64,000 bases of DNA, taken from IMG/VR virus record IMGVR_UViG_3300033143_001962, positions 185,798-249,797 of that record; one strand, 5' to 3'. Shown piece after piece: positions 55,771 to 64,000 of the stretch; the first letter of the stretch is position 1, and every line of letters begins with the position of its first letter. The translations under genes were made by a program, and so were the position numbers. The notes beneath the pieces are model-generated. The model did not search any database. It had not been told where the DNA came from and saw only the letters and a program-made list of their open reading frames with translations.

Positions 55771-56105
55771 TATTCTTCTCGCTTTCCATTAAACACACAA
55801 ATGAAATACATACTAGTATTCTCATCATTATTAAACACTCTATGGAAGGCGCCATCAGGAACCATTACAGTATCGCCTGCTGTTACTTCTATCATAGTGT
55901 CGTTTAATTGCATGGTGCCGTCGCCGAGTGCAAAGAAGTATATTTCTTCTTGCCCTTCGTGTGCGTGTCCACCTGTTGATTGATTAGGTTTTAATCGTGT
56001 ACTGCTAAGTACTAAATTCTTTAAGTCTGTGTTATCCTTAACAACATAGCGTTCGTCATCTCTTACGATTTTGCCGCCTATTGTCCAGTTACTGTATTTT
56101 GACAT
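55770..56105 (-). CDS. cupin domain protein
   Basis: HAHEGQEEIY...PDGAFHRV. Confidence 0.85.
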   Translation of the reverse strand: MSKYSNWTIGGKIVRDDERYVVKDNTDLKNLVLSSTRLKPNQSTGGHAHEGQEEIYFFALGDGTMQLNDTMIEVTAGDTVMVPDGAFHRVFNNDENTSMYFICVFNGKREE

Positions 56106-56162
56106 GTAGCCCTCCGTTGCGTAATTATAACATTACACAACGAAGATGTCTATAAGGTTTGG

Positions 56163-56591
56163 TTACTTTGCTATTGCGTCTCGATCTGTTCCATCGTTAT
56201 GCAACGAGCCTTCAATGCGATGTGCGTCTGAGTGTGCTGTTAGTGCAACTGATACAGTTTCGTCTTCCATTGCTTCTGTACTAACTAACAATATGTCAGC
56301 GTTGTCTACCATGCGTACTGTTAGATCTTCACCTGCGATGTTGTACTTCATACCACGTGTCCAACGACCGTGACTTACAAGTATCCATTCGCCTACTGCA
56401 ATGTCTTTCTGCTCTGGCCCTACTGCGTGTACTTCTGCCCAACGTGGGCGAATGCCTTCTGACTTTCTATCGTCACCGATCATTAGGATGCCGCCGGTGG
56501 TTAGGCGATCACCGAATACCATGTCACGTACTAAAATGCGATCACGTATTGGTTCTAGTGCGTTTGCTTCGTATATGTCAATTGATGCCAT
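56163..56591 (-). CDS. groES: GroES-like co-chaperonin
   Basis: LEPIRDRILVR, TTGGIL, VHAVGP, VGEWIL, DILLV. Confidence 0.8.
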   Translation of the reverse strand: MASIDIYEANALEPIRDRILVRDMVFGDRLTTGGILMIGDDRKSEGIRPRWAEVHAVGPEQKDIAVGEWILVSHGRWTRGMKYNIAGEDLTVRMVDNADILLVSTEAMEDETVSVALTAHSDAHRIEGSLHNDGTDRDAIAK

Positions 56592-57100
56592 TAAATTTTC
56601 TTTACACCGTCTACGCTACGCGCTTCTTCTTGCGGGGTTTTAACCGTTTCTTGTTTTACTTCACGTGCCTTAGCAATAGCTTCTGCAAGCCCACCTTTGG
56701 CTTCTGCAACAACTTCCGTTACATCTTCAACGACTGGAGTATCGACTTCTGCGGTTATATTTTCAACTACCGGAGTAACGTCTACAATAGTAACATCATC
56801 GTCTAATCCAGTAACTTCTGTAACTTCCGTTGTTGAGTTTACATACTTTTCAGCAATTATCTGAGCTGCTTTCTTGCTGTTAACAACTGGCATGTCTTTA
56901 ACTTGTGTGCCAATTTGCTTTCTGTAATTCTTACTTACTTGCTTATTGCGATCAACAACTTTCTTGTTGTTACTATCAATAACATCACCACGAGCATTAG
57001 TATTCATGTTACCTACTGCACGTACTTCTTCGTTCTTTAGCATTAGCTTGCCGAGATCTAACTCTTTACCTTGGCTTGTTTTATAAACATTTCCTGCCAT
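56591..57100 (-). CDS. hypothetical late protein
   Basis: start at MAGNVYK after TAAATA at 57126-57131. Confidence 0.6.
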   Translation of the reverse strand: MAGNVYKTSQGKELDLGKLMLKNEEVRAVGNMNTNARGDVIDSNNKKVVDRNKQVSKNYRKQIGTQVKDMPVVNSKKAAQIIAEKYVNSTTEVTEVTGLDDDVTIVDVTPVVENITAEVDTPVVEDVTEVVAEAKGGLAEAIAKAREVKQETVKTPQEEARSVDGVKKI

Positions 57101-57128
57101 TTGTATTCTCCCTATTATATACGTATAT

Positions 57129-57662
57129 TTATCGTAAAAATTCACTGACGTCAAGTTTATAAAACATTGAGTCTATTCTGTGTACTTTCATTTTATATAA
57201 TACGTAACTCGACACGCTAGAACCACGTCCAACGCCCCAAATAACTCCATTTAATTCCATTAAGTCTACTAAGTATTTCATATAGCGCAATAGATCAAAC
57301 AGGTCACGTTCCATGTACATTAATAATTCTTCACCACAGCGTTGTAACTCTGCATCAGTACTGCATAAGCTTAATACATGTGCCGCAATGTCTAAATCTT
57401 TGTACTGTTGTGGCATTTGCCACTCAACTTGATTTTGTTTGTCAAATTCTTCTACAGATAAATTATCGTTATCTAACTGTTTTACTAACGCTTCGTACCC
57501 AGCGACTGTGTTTGCAGTGTCTACGTCTATGGTCTGCCCATCGTCGGCAACGACAAAAGGACCGGGTTTGAATTCTGGATCGGCATTATTTACATCGTGC
57601 ATTAAGATATCAAATATCTCAGCTTCGTTGTAAATCATTTGACCGAACTTATCAGTAATCAT
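57129..57662 (-). CDS. DNA polymerase III alpha (DnaE) fragment
   Basis: RCGEEL...LRYMKYLVD...WGVGRGSSVSSYVLY...IDS; ends before the PDID catalytic motif. Confidence 0.75.
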   Translation of the reverse strand: MITDKFGQMIYNEAEIFDILMHDVNNADPEFKPGPFVVADDGQTIDVDTANTVAGYEALVKQLDNDNLSVEEFDKQNQVEWQMPQQYKDLDIAAHVLSLCSTDAELQRCGEELLMYMERDLFDLLRYMKYLVDLMELNGVIWGVGRGSSVSSYVLYKMKVHRIDSMFYKLDVSEFLR

Positions 57663-58318
57663 TTTTTCTTATTAAAATCGTTCATGTTAATAATTGTACT
57701 TTCTTCTTTCTCTTCTGTTAATGATTTCTTTAACGATTCAGGAGTGAATACAATTTCTAAGTCTTCGTCTTCGTCTTCTTCATCTACCCAATGTAACTGC
57801 AAGTCCTTCCATGTCATGGTAGTTTCAGTGGTGCCACTGACGTAGTCTGGTTCTTTCTTTGCCCACCACTTCTTCGGATCTTCTGTGTTAACTAGCTCAT
57901 GTATTTCATCTTCGTCGTCTTCGTCTGCAACATCAAACACGTATGTAACGAATCCGCCTAAGTGGCTCATTATCTCAGACTCTGTAATAATTAATGCATC
58001 TTCAAGTATTGCATTAAGCTTAGTTACAATAACGGCTTGGACGACTTGATCGTATGCACCTGGCTCCGGAACTGTTAACAGTGGAATGTCTGCATTTGCT
58101 AATTTATTAATACCGTCTTGGTCAGTTTCTGTAATGAATACACTACGCTGAACAATGTCTTGTATGAAATAGTTAATACGCTCAAAGCCAATGGTGTGGT
58201 CGCCCATGTTCTCTGAGTTAGTGTACAAGTCAAGGTTCATTTTAAATCTATTAAAGAATAACTCGTTGCCGATGTATATTCCTGCCATAAAATCATATTC
58301 GTTTTTTAGTCTTGCCAT
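57659..58318 (-). CDS. hypothetical acidic protein
   Basis: 219-aa ORF, coupled. Confidence 0.6.
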   Translation of the reverse strand: MARLKNEYDFMAGIYIGNELFFNRFKMNLDLYTNSENMGDHTIGFERINYFIQDIVQRSVFITETDQDGINKLANADIPLLTVPEPGAYDQVVQAVIVTKLNAILEDALIITESEIMSHLGGFVTYVFDVADEDDEDEIHELVNTEDPKKWWAKKEPDYVSGTTETTMTWKDLQLHWVDEEDEDEDLEIVFTPESLKKSLTEEKEESTIINMNDFNKKK

Positions 58319-58326
58319 TTTAATCC

Positions 58327-58806
58327 CTATTGTAGTTCTACTACTAATCTTACGTTTTTAAACGTGTCTACTATGTTAATTTTATCATGTGCTGTTATCG
58401 TCGAAGCGCCATCTATAATAACCATGCTGCGATTCTGCACAGGTTCAATTCTACGGGCTGTACTTCTATCGCCTACAATAAATACACGCTTCATCATGTC
58501 TGCACGTACTACATATAGCTTTGATAAATTATCTACATGCTCTCTAATACCGCGCATTGCACTGCCATTTCTAACATATAGTATAGCATCGTCATTAGCA
58601 AATAACAATCTTATTGCTGCGGTTGTATGCCCCATGCGTCTTGCCATTTGTATCTTAACTGTGCCGAACTCTTGCCTGAACGCGCCGCTATCTAAATTGT
58701 AATTTTCTCTGTAGTCTTTAACAACTCCACGTTCTAAGTTCTTTAGTGCTGCTTCAACTACACTACAAATCATGTCTGCATTGTCTGGCTTAACATCTTC
58801 AATCAT
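58327..58806 (-). CDS. degenerate P-loop protein
   Basis: MARRMGHTT (Walker A with K replaced by H), VIIDGA. Confidence 0.5.
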   Translation of the reverse strand: MIEDVKPDNADMICSVVEAALKNLERGVVKDYRENYNLDSGAFRQEFGTVKIQMARRMGHTTAAIRLLFANDDAILYVRNGSAMRGIREHVDNLSKLYVVRADMMKRVFIVGDRSTARRIEPVQNRSMVIIDGASTITAHDKINIVDTFKNVRLVVELQ

Positions 58807-59039
58807 GATATATCAATCTTACCATCCATGCCCTTATTACCTTTGAACATTTCGTCGATCATTTCGTGATGCGCACGTTGGTATGTTTCAAGAGCCATTT
58901 CAATTTGATACACGAGTTCTTGCTGCCCCATGCCGTATGAAAAGGACAAGCGTGACATAAGATCATTTATCTTCGTTTGGACTTGCTCAATAGTCATATC
59001 TTCTTTAATTGTTCTTACACTTAATCCTGGATGTTCCAT
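58803..59039 (-). CDS. hypothetical protein
   Basis: ORF track, coupled. Confidence 0.55.
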   Translation of the reverse strand: MEHPGLSVRTIKEDMTIEQVQTKINDLMSRLSFSYGMGQQELVYQIEMALETYQRAHHEMIDEMFKGNKGMDGKIDIS

Positions 59040-59245
59040 TACACTTTCCTGAAAATCGGAGTAGTATTCTGCATACGTTCAAATGCAACATCAGTTAAAT
59101 CAGATATTTCAGATTCGTTAATCTTCATAACTTTAAGATTCATTCCGTTGGTACTATTAGGCGTTTTTAGCATGTAGTAAAGAAGGTCATTGTCACGTTC
59201 TTCGTTTTCTAATTGCGCTTTGAAATATTCTTTCATTTCTTTCAT
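59039..59245 (-). CDS. hypothetical protein
   Basis: ORF track, coupled. Confidence 0.5.
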   Translation of the reverse strand: MKEMKEYFKAQLENEERDNDLLYYMLKTPNSTNGMNLKVMKINESEISDLTDVAFERMQNTTPIFRKV

Positions 59246-59264
59246 ACTATTAATTATCCTTGTA

Positions 59265-59666
59265 TTACAAGTCGCCTGCTTTTCTGTTTTCAGATTCGTC
59301 TACTGTAAAGCCATTTACATAACGCTTATCTATCTTTTCAACGTTTTCAATAATAACTTCTTCTACGCTATATCCTAGTGCAACACATGCCATAGTTAGG
59401 TAAAATGCTGCATCGCCTAATTCACGTTTCATGTGGAATCGATTGGCTTCGTTAAGTTCTTTGCCTTGCCATTGTATTTTCTTAACAATTTCAATAAACT
59501 CACCAGCTTCTGCGGCGAGGCCTTCTGATGCTGTAATCATTAACGGAATGTTAACGTTAGGCATTGTTTCTTGTAGTTCTTCAAGACGCCTGATATAGGT
59601 ATCTAAGTCTTTACTTGTTGTTGATGTTTTGTCAAAGACAAAATCCTGGTACTTTTCTAATTCCAT
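59265..59666 (-). CDS. mazG: MazG-like nucleotide pyrophosphohydrolase
   Basis: AEAGEFIEIVKK, ELGDAAFY, NVEKIDKRY. Confidence 0.88.
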   Translation of the reverse strand: MELEKYQDFVFDKTSTTSKDLDTYIRRLEELQETMPNVNIPLMITASEGLAAEAGEFIEIVKKIQWQGKELNEANRFHMKRELGDAAFYLTMACVALGYSVEEVIIENVEKIDKRYVNGFTVDESENRKAGDL

Positions 59667-59668
59667 TT

Positions 59669-59908
59669 TTACTTTTCCTTATATATAAAATCGTGTATCT
59701 TTTTAATAATCCAATGTCCTACGAACATAGACATAAACCATAGTATAAAGAACAATGGCATGAGTAGACTAAACCATCTAGCTTCCGCGCTAGTAATAAA
59801 CTCTGGGCTAAATGCGTAGTCCATTATGTACATGCCGCCTATCATACATATGATAGACCATGCTATCATTGCTGCTCTGAAGAATTTTATGTGCTTGGTC
59901 TTCGCCAT
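59669..59908 (-). CDS. two-TM membrane protein
   Basis: two hydrophobic helices. Confidence 0.55.
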   Translation of the reverse strand: MAKTKHIKFFRAAMIAWSIICMIGGMYIMDYAFSPEFITSAEARWFSLLMPLFFILWFMSMFVGHWIIKKIHDFIYKEK

Positions 59909-60189
59909 ACTTGCTCCTTTGGTGTATCGTGTTTATATCCTTGGAATTCAAACTTCCAATTCTTCTGACCTGTGTGTCCAGGCCACGTTAATGTAATCGT
60001 TGCCTTGTACAATCCTATTTTACCAGACTCCATCGGTACTTCAATGTTATTTGTTTTGAGTTGTCCGTGTTCCCACAGATTGTAATTCTGTAGCTGGTGA
60101 TCAAATACACAATTATGATTGAAGTCAAGTTTGTATTTCTTCGCTGCTCTACGCGCTTTCCAAAGATTGTACTTATCCTTTAGCTTCAT
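59887..60189 (-). CDS. hypothetical protein
   Basis: ORF track. Confidence 0.5.
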   Translation of the reverse strand: MKLKDKYNLWKARRAAKKYKLDFNHNCVFDHQLQNYNLWEHGQLKTNNIEVPMESGKIGLYKATITLTWPGHTGQKNWKFEFQGYKHDTPKEQVWRRPST

Positions 60190-60484
60190 ATCGCTCTGCT
60201 TCTTTTTTATAATCTATTATACAGTCAAACGGAATGTTTGAATATATTGTTAAGTCATGTGCTGCGTGTTTGACCAGTTTCATTAGTTCGTGGTTAGCGT
60301 GTTTTAATTTCGCAATGTCAACTGTGTCTATTTCTATAATTTTATTAAGTGCATCGATCTTTTCTTCAATTAATTCACACGAAAAATTTAATACGTACTT
60401 GCCGTCAGGGTCTAAGTACTCTATTAACTTTCCGTCCATTAATTCTACACTTACTCTGGTCGTCATTATACTGTCCTTGGCCAT
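60173..60484 (-). CDS. hypothetical coiled-coil protein
   Basis: ORF track. Confidence 0.5.
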   Translation of the reverse strand: MAKDSIMTTRVSVELMDGKLIEYLDPDGKYVLNFSCELIEEKIDALNKIIEIDTVDIAKLKHANHELMKLVKHAAHDLTIYSNIPFDCIIDYKKEAERYEAKG

Positions 60485-60720
60485 TTCTTGTAGTACGCAA
60501 TAATTAAGATTAATATAACATTAAAGCCGTAGTTGGCAATAAGAGGCCATAGTAGTTGCGGAATAACATAAATCAATACAGCAACTTCGCCCCAGAACCA
60601 TAAGTTCAGGAATGTCCAAGTTAAACTATGTCCTACCTGTCCTGACTTGTATGCTTCCCATGCTAATGGCACACCGCAAATTGCTAATAGTAAGCCGCCG
60701 ATCCAACCAATTATTTCCAT
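60466..60720 (-). CDS. PQ-loop/SemiSWEET-like three-TM protein
   Basis: GWIGGLLLAICGVPLAW...SLTW.FL.LW...LIANY. Confidence 0.65.
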   Translation of the reverse strand: MEIIGWIGGLLLAICGVPLAWEAYKSGQVGHSLTWTFLNLWFWGEVAVLIYVIPQLLWPLIANYGFNVILILIIAYYKKWPRTV

Positions 60721-60721
60721 A

Positions 60722-61054
60722 TTATGAAGTACATCTTTCTAAGTAATCTTGTGCTGCTTCAAGTACAACTTCGTTTAAGTTCCGGGATGCCGCTAATATA
60801 TGTTTGCCGAACTCAGAGTCATCCCATTGATAAATGTAGTACTCGTCTACATCTTCATCTGCAAATAATTGCCAGTTGTCAATCATCATTAACTTGCTAA
60901 GTAATTTAAAACACTGCCCATCGTTTAATAGTGGTTCGTACACACAATACCCGTTTCCGTTGCATCGTACGTATTCGTTATCTGTTTGGTCTGTTAGAAT
61001 TTCTGCAGGTATTTCACAAATCGTTGCGAGTCGTAATAGGTCTTTAGCGTTCAT
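60722..61054 (-). CDS. hypothetical protein
   Basis: first gene after the sigma70 promoter. Confidence 0.55.
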   Translation of the reverse strand: MNAKDLLRLATICEIPAEILTDQTDNEYVRCNGNGYCVYEPLLNDGQCFKLLSKLMMIDNWQLFADEDVDEYYIYQWDDSEFGKHILAASRNLNEVVLEAAQDYLERCTS

Positions 61055-61076
61055 AATGATTCCTTAGTAGATAACA

Positions 61077-61105
61077 ATTATAAACGATACAGAACTAGAA
61101 GTCAA
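61077..61105 (-). promoter_or_regulatory. sigma70-type early promoter
   Basis: TTGACT-17 nt-TATAAT, abutting the terminator T-run. Confidence 0.8.
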
Positions 61106-61130
61106 AATAAAAGGGCGAAATGCCCTTTTA
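61103..61130 (-). terminator. Rho-independent terminator ending the structural cluster
   Basis: AAAAGGGC-ATTTC-GCCCTTTT followed by ATTTT. Confidence 0.8.
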
Positions 61131-61144
61131 ACATTACCGAAATG

Positions 61145-61462
61145 TTACCAAGTAGCTGGAGAGCGTACCCAAATGCCTGGATCACCGTTTACGTAGTCTG
61201 ATATACACATGTACATATAAGTCGCATCTGCTGCTATCATCCCAATTCTATCACCCGCTTGCCCAGCTGAACTAACCGGTACTGTAGTTGGAATTGCCAC
61301 TGTTGCAATTTCAGCTTGCAATGAAGATATTTCATCTTTTGCTGTTGCAAAGTTTGATAAAATGTTTGTAAAGTTATCGCGGAAGCCTTGACTGTCGTTA
61401 TCTTGTCCTGCTTGCGGGAAACCTGGGTCTATAAAATCTGTGCCTGTGTTTATTGTGCTCAT
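61145..61462 (-). CDS. short baseplate/tail-fibre-like protein
   Basis: PQAGQDNDSQGFRDNF; C-terminus GMIAADATYMYMC...IWVRSPATW paralogous to the 63799+ gene; TAAATA at 61487-61492. Confidence 0.65.
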   Translation of the reverse strand: MSTINTGTDFIDPGFPQAGQDNDSQGFRDNFTNILSNFATAKDEISSLQAEIATVAIPTTVPVSSAGQAGDRIGMIAADATYMYMCISDYVNGDPGIWVRSPATW

Positions 61463-61489
61463 TTAATTTAATTCCTTAATTTACTGTAT

Positions 61490-63793
61490 TTATTGTTCAT
61501 TATTTATTATTTTCGTTTGTGGGAACATAATATACGTGTCGTTCTTATCACTTGTTATGTACAAGTCAATTGGTGAAGTAAATCGTAAACTACCACCATC
61601 AAATGTTGTTTCAAATTCAATGCCAGCTGTTCTATCAAACGTTGTTGATACTGCCGGGAACCATTTTTGTTCAACTAAGTCCCAATTCTGTGACATTCTT
61701 GAATCTAATGTGTATCTATCTATTTCAAAATCAATTAAGTTTAATTGTGTTCCGAAAAACTCTTGTATATTGTATTGAATTAGCTTAGACTTTTCTGGCT
61801 TAGTGTACGTAATTACCCATGCTGGCGTAAACCCAAGTACTTCACCATTTTCTTGCTTTGAAAGCATCCAACGCGGTAGTACTTTTGATTGCTGTCCAAT
61901 TTGATCAACAACTTGCTCACGCATATTCTCTAAGCTGTTAGTATAAACTGCATTTACTTCTGTGCCATTATGAATAGCCGGTGCTGATATATCCTGCAGG
62001 CTTACTACACTTTCGCCTGCTGCATTTACAGCATCATCGATAATTTGACTGTACACTACTTCATATACTATATTGCCGTCATCATCAAGTGCTCTTGCTG
62101 TTTTAAGTTCGCCTAACGTAACTGTTTTATTAAAGTGATTTGTGCTTAATGCTGCAAAGTAATCTTCTATAGTTGCAGGTGTAAGCCCTAATGCATGTTG
62201 GTAGTACACACGTTTAGCTGAACCAAAATTAACATCGTCTGCTCTGTACACATGCTCAAGTGGAATAACATCACTGTTTAATAACATAGAATCTATTAGG
62301 TTTCTATCTGCTAGTGGTGGCATTGCTTTGCAATATAATATGTTCTGCGGAGTTTGAAATTCTCTGTGTACCATTACTGTAAATTCTTTTGTTACCGAAA
62401 CAAGACCACTTAAACTATAAGCTTCAACTGTAAATGTAAATGTTAAATCAAATGTAGTTGGGTTGACGTCTAAACGTGTAGCATGATCAGAATTAAATGT
62501 TGTTGTGCCACCGTCTAAGCTAAATGTTTTAAACGATGTGCGGCCGGCTAAGTTACCACTTTCGAGTAATGTTAACCCTTGCGGTAACTTATTAAATGTA
62601 CCGTTTTCAGCTATTCTATAATATAGTACAGTACCTTCGTGTACTGCTTCAACCGACAATGTACTAACTGAACCGTTGTTGATTGTTCCTAAGTCACTAT
62701 CAGTTAGCCATGTAACGCTTGTTTCGATATCACCATGTACGACCATTTGTGTGTTATAGATTCTAGAAATAATGTCCGGGTTAACTACCTTACGTACTTG
62801 TATTCCAAATTCGTGTAGTTGTTCTGTTACCCCCACACTTATTAAATGTCCGGACAACCAGCCAGTGACTGGATCAAGTGTTAGATTCAGTGGCAGTGTT
62901 CCTGTCCCTAAGAAGTACTCAACCTGATCGCCATCTGGGTCTTCACCTTGGAATTGATAAGCAAAAAAGTTATCGTGTCTATAGCGGCCCAAGTCTTCAT
63001 CGAAGTTATTAATGTACGGCGAACGGATAGCAATACTATCTGCTGTTATGTTAGTAGTATCAGCTGTAATCTCAATGGTATCAGCTGTCATGCTGCTGCG
63101 ACTAAACACAAATATTTCAAATGTGCGCATAGCAACATCTTTGCCATCTGTCACTTGTAATGTAAATTGGTAATTAGTGCTTATTGATCTTGTACTAAAA
63201 TCAAATGGGTTCTCAGCGAAGCCTGTGCCATCTCTGTCCCAGCCTGCTTGTATACCTGTTGCTAAGTCTACTATCGGATCAATGAATCCAGTTAACAAAC
63301 CATTTGAGTCTATTGTTGTGCCAGCTGGTAACTGCCCATTGGCAAATGATACAGTGAGCACGTCACCTGGATCGTCATCGTGAACTTCAAATTGGAAATT
63401 TATTTCACTACCATCAAAGTACTGTCCGATTAATCCCGGAGGTGTAACAAATTCCGGAATGTCTTGTCCTGTTACTGTAAGCGTAAATGTTCTGTCTGCT
63501 ATTCTATCTTCGTCATCAACTGCACGTATAGCAAATTTAGATGTTGTGTTTTGTGATACTTCTGCTGGTACACCTTTAAAGTCTGCCACTGAGACTGGTA
63601 TACCTTCTATTGTTCCGTTTGTGTTTACTTGTACGCCAGCAGGTAACTCGCCCGATATTAACGAGTAGGTTACTTTAGTAGGGTCTGCTGGAAAGTCTGG
63701 ATCGTAAGCTTCAAGTGCAACACGGTAGAACCTACCTTCTGGCACTACGCCTAAACTACCTGTCTCTGTTATCCAAATCGGCGGCTGCGTCAT
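61490..63793 (-). CDS. baseplate wedge-like protein with Ig-like (He_PIG/cadherin) repeats
   Basis: repeated YSLISGELPAG / GQLPAG / GTLPLNLTLD..TGWLSG; C-terminal LPRWM and IDRY motifs. Confidence 0.7.
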   Translation of the reverse strand: MTQPPIWITETGSLGVVPEGRFYRVALEAYDPDFPADPTKVTYSLISGELPAGVQVNTNGTIEGIPVSVADFKGVPAEVSQNTTSKFAIRAVDDEDRIADRTFTLTVTGQDIPEFVTPPGLIGQYFDGSEINFQFEVHDDDPGDVLTVSFANGQLPAGTTIDSNGLLTGFIDPIVDLATGIQAGWDRDGTGFAENPFDFSTRSISTNYQFTLQVTDGKDVAMRTFEIFVFSRSSMTADTIEITADTTNITADSIAIRSPYINNFDEDLGRYRHDNFFAYQFQGEDPDGDQVEYFLGTGTLPLNLTLDPVTGWLSGHLISVGVTEQLHEFGIQVRKVVNPDIISRIYNTQMVVHGDIETSVTWLTDSDLGTINNGSVSTLSVEAVHEGTVLYYRIAENGTFNKLPQGLTLLESGNLAGRTSFKTFSLDGGTTTFNSDHATRLDVNPTTFDLTFTFTVEAYSLSGLVSVTKEFTVMVHREFQTPQNILYCKAMPPLADRNLIDSMLLNSDVIPLEHVYRADDVNFGSAKRVYYQHALGLTPATIEDYFAALSTNHFNKTVTLGELKTARALDDDGNIVYEVVYSQIIDDAVNAAGESVVSLQDISAPAIHNGTEVNAVYTNSLENMREQVVDQIGQQSKVLPRWMLSKQENGEVLGFTPAWVITYTKPEKSKLIQYNIQEFFGTQLNLIDFEIDRYTLDSRMSQNWDLVEQKWFPAVSTTFDRTAGIEFETTFDGGSLRFTSPIDLYITSDKNDTYIMFPQTKIINNEQ

Positions 63794-63798
63794 TTAGC

Positions 63799-64000
63799 TT
63801 ACCAAGTCGCTATAGCTGAACGAGCCCAAATAGGTGTTGCACCATCAAAGTATCCGGTGCATACATACACGTAAGCTGAATCGTATGCTATCATTCCAGC
63901 AATATCACCTGTTGCTCCGATCGACGCTAGTGGCGGCGTGTTACGTGCTACTGATGCAATACCTGCATAAATTTCATTGAAGTTATCGTTAGCTTTAGTG
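63799..64000 (-). CDS. baseplate/tail protein, C-terminal part (5' end outside the window)
   Basis: Manual: TKANDNFNEIYAG...GMIAYDSAYVYVC...IWARSAIATW; gp9/gp10-like KxNxNFxE motif. Confidence 0.65.
   Translation of the reverse strand, partial: TKANDNFNEIYAGIASVARNTPPLASIGATGDIAGMIAYDSAYVYVCTGYFDGATPIWARSAIATW

Noticed and set aside
333-63668. Numerous plus-strand ORFs in the track (for example 787-1068, 10835-11383, 38429-39049, 56357-56806)
   Set aside because: They lie antisense to well-supported minus-strand genes, are Ser/Leu/Phe-rich shadow translations and have no motifs; only 50683-51213 and 52521-53243 were kept
1-64000. Genome-wide TAG reassignment (code 15) implied by the CUA tRNA
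   Set aside because: Long genes are intact under code 11; TAG ends paralogs at the same position where siblings use TAA/TGA (4602, 5228); read-through at the TAG stops checked gives no in-frame fusion with the next gene

Overview
A 64-kb segment of a large, AT-rich, T4-like/jumbo tailed phage genome; no host chromosome genes were recognised. Almost all genes are on the minus strand and tightly coupled by ATGA/TAATG-type overlaps. Most plus-strand ORFs in the supplied track are antisense shadows; only a methyltransferase (50683) and phoH (52521) look real. Modules seen: (i) replication: RNase H/flap nuclease, family B DNA polymerase, putative sliding clamp, RFC-like clamp loader, DsbA/GapR-like protein, and a truncated DnaE fragment; (ii) a dispersed 7-deazaguanine DNA-modification pathway (folE, queD, queE, a DpdA/TGT-fold transglycosylase, a second T-fold protein with an LxxxHRHxF motif, no queC/queF in the window) interleaved with sugar-nucleotide enzymes and a glycosyltransferase; (iii) a late cluster (31953-42165) of probable capsid-packaged proteins with T4-CTS-like N-termini, including a 1434-aa nucleotidyltransferase plus amidoligase protein; (iv) chaperone/protease genes (ClpA, DnaJ, GroES), TctA/TctC transporter, PhoH, MazG; (v) baseplate/tail genes at the right end. 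There is one tRNA, with a CUA (amber) anticodon, although TAG still acts as a stop. Two large families of short paralogous ORFs occur, one as an 8-gene tandem array whose last member is missing from the ORF track and appears to start at ATA. All family assignments come from motif recognition by eye; no database searches were run.
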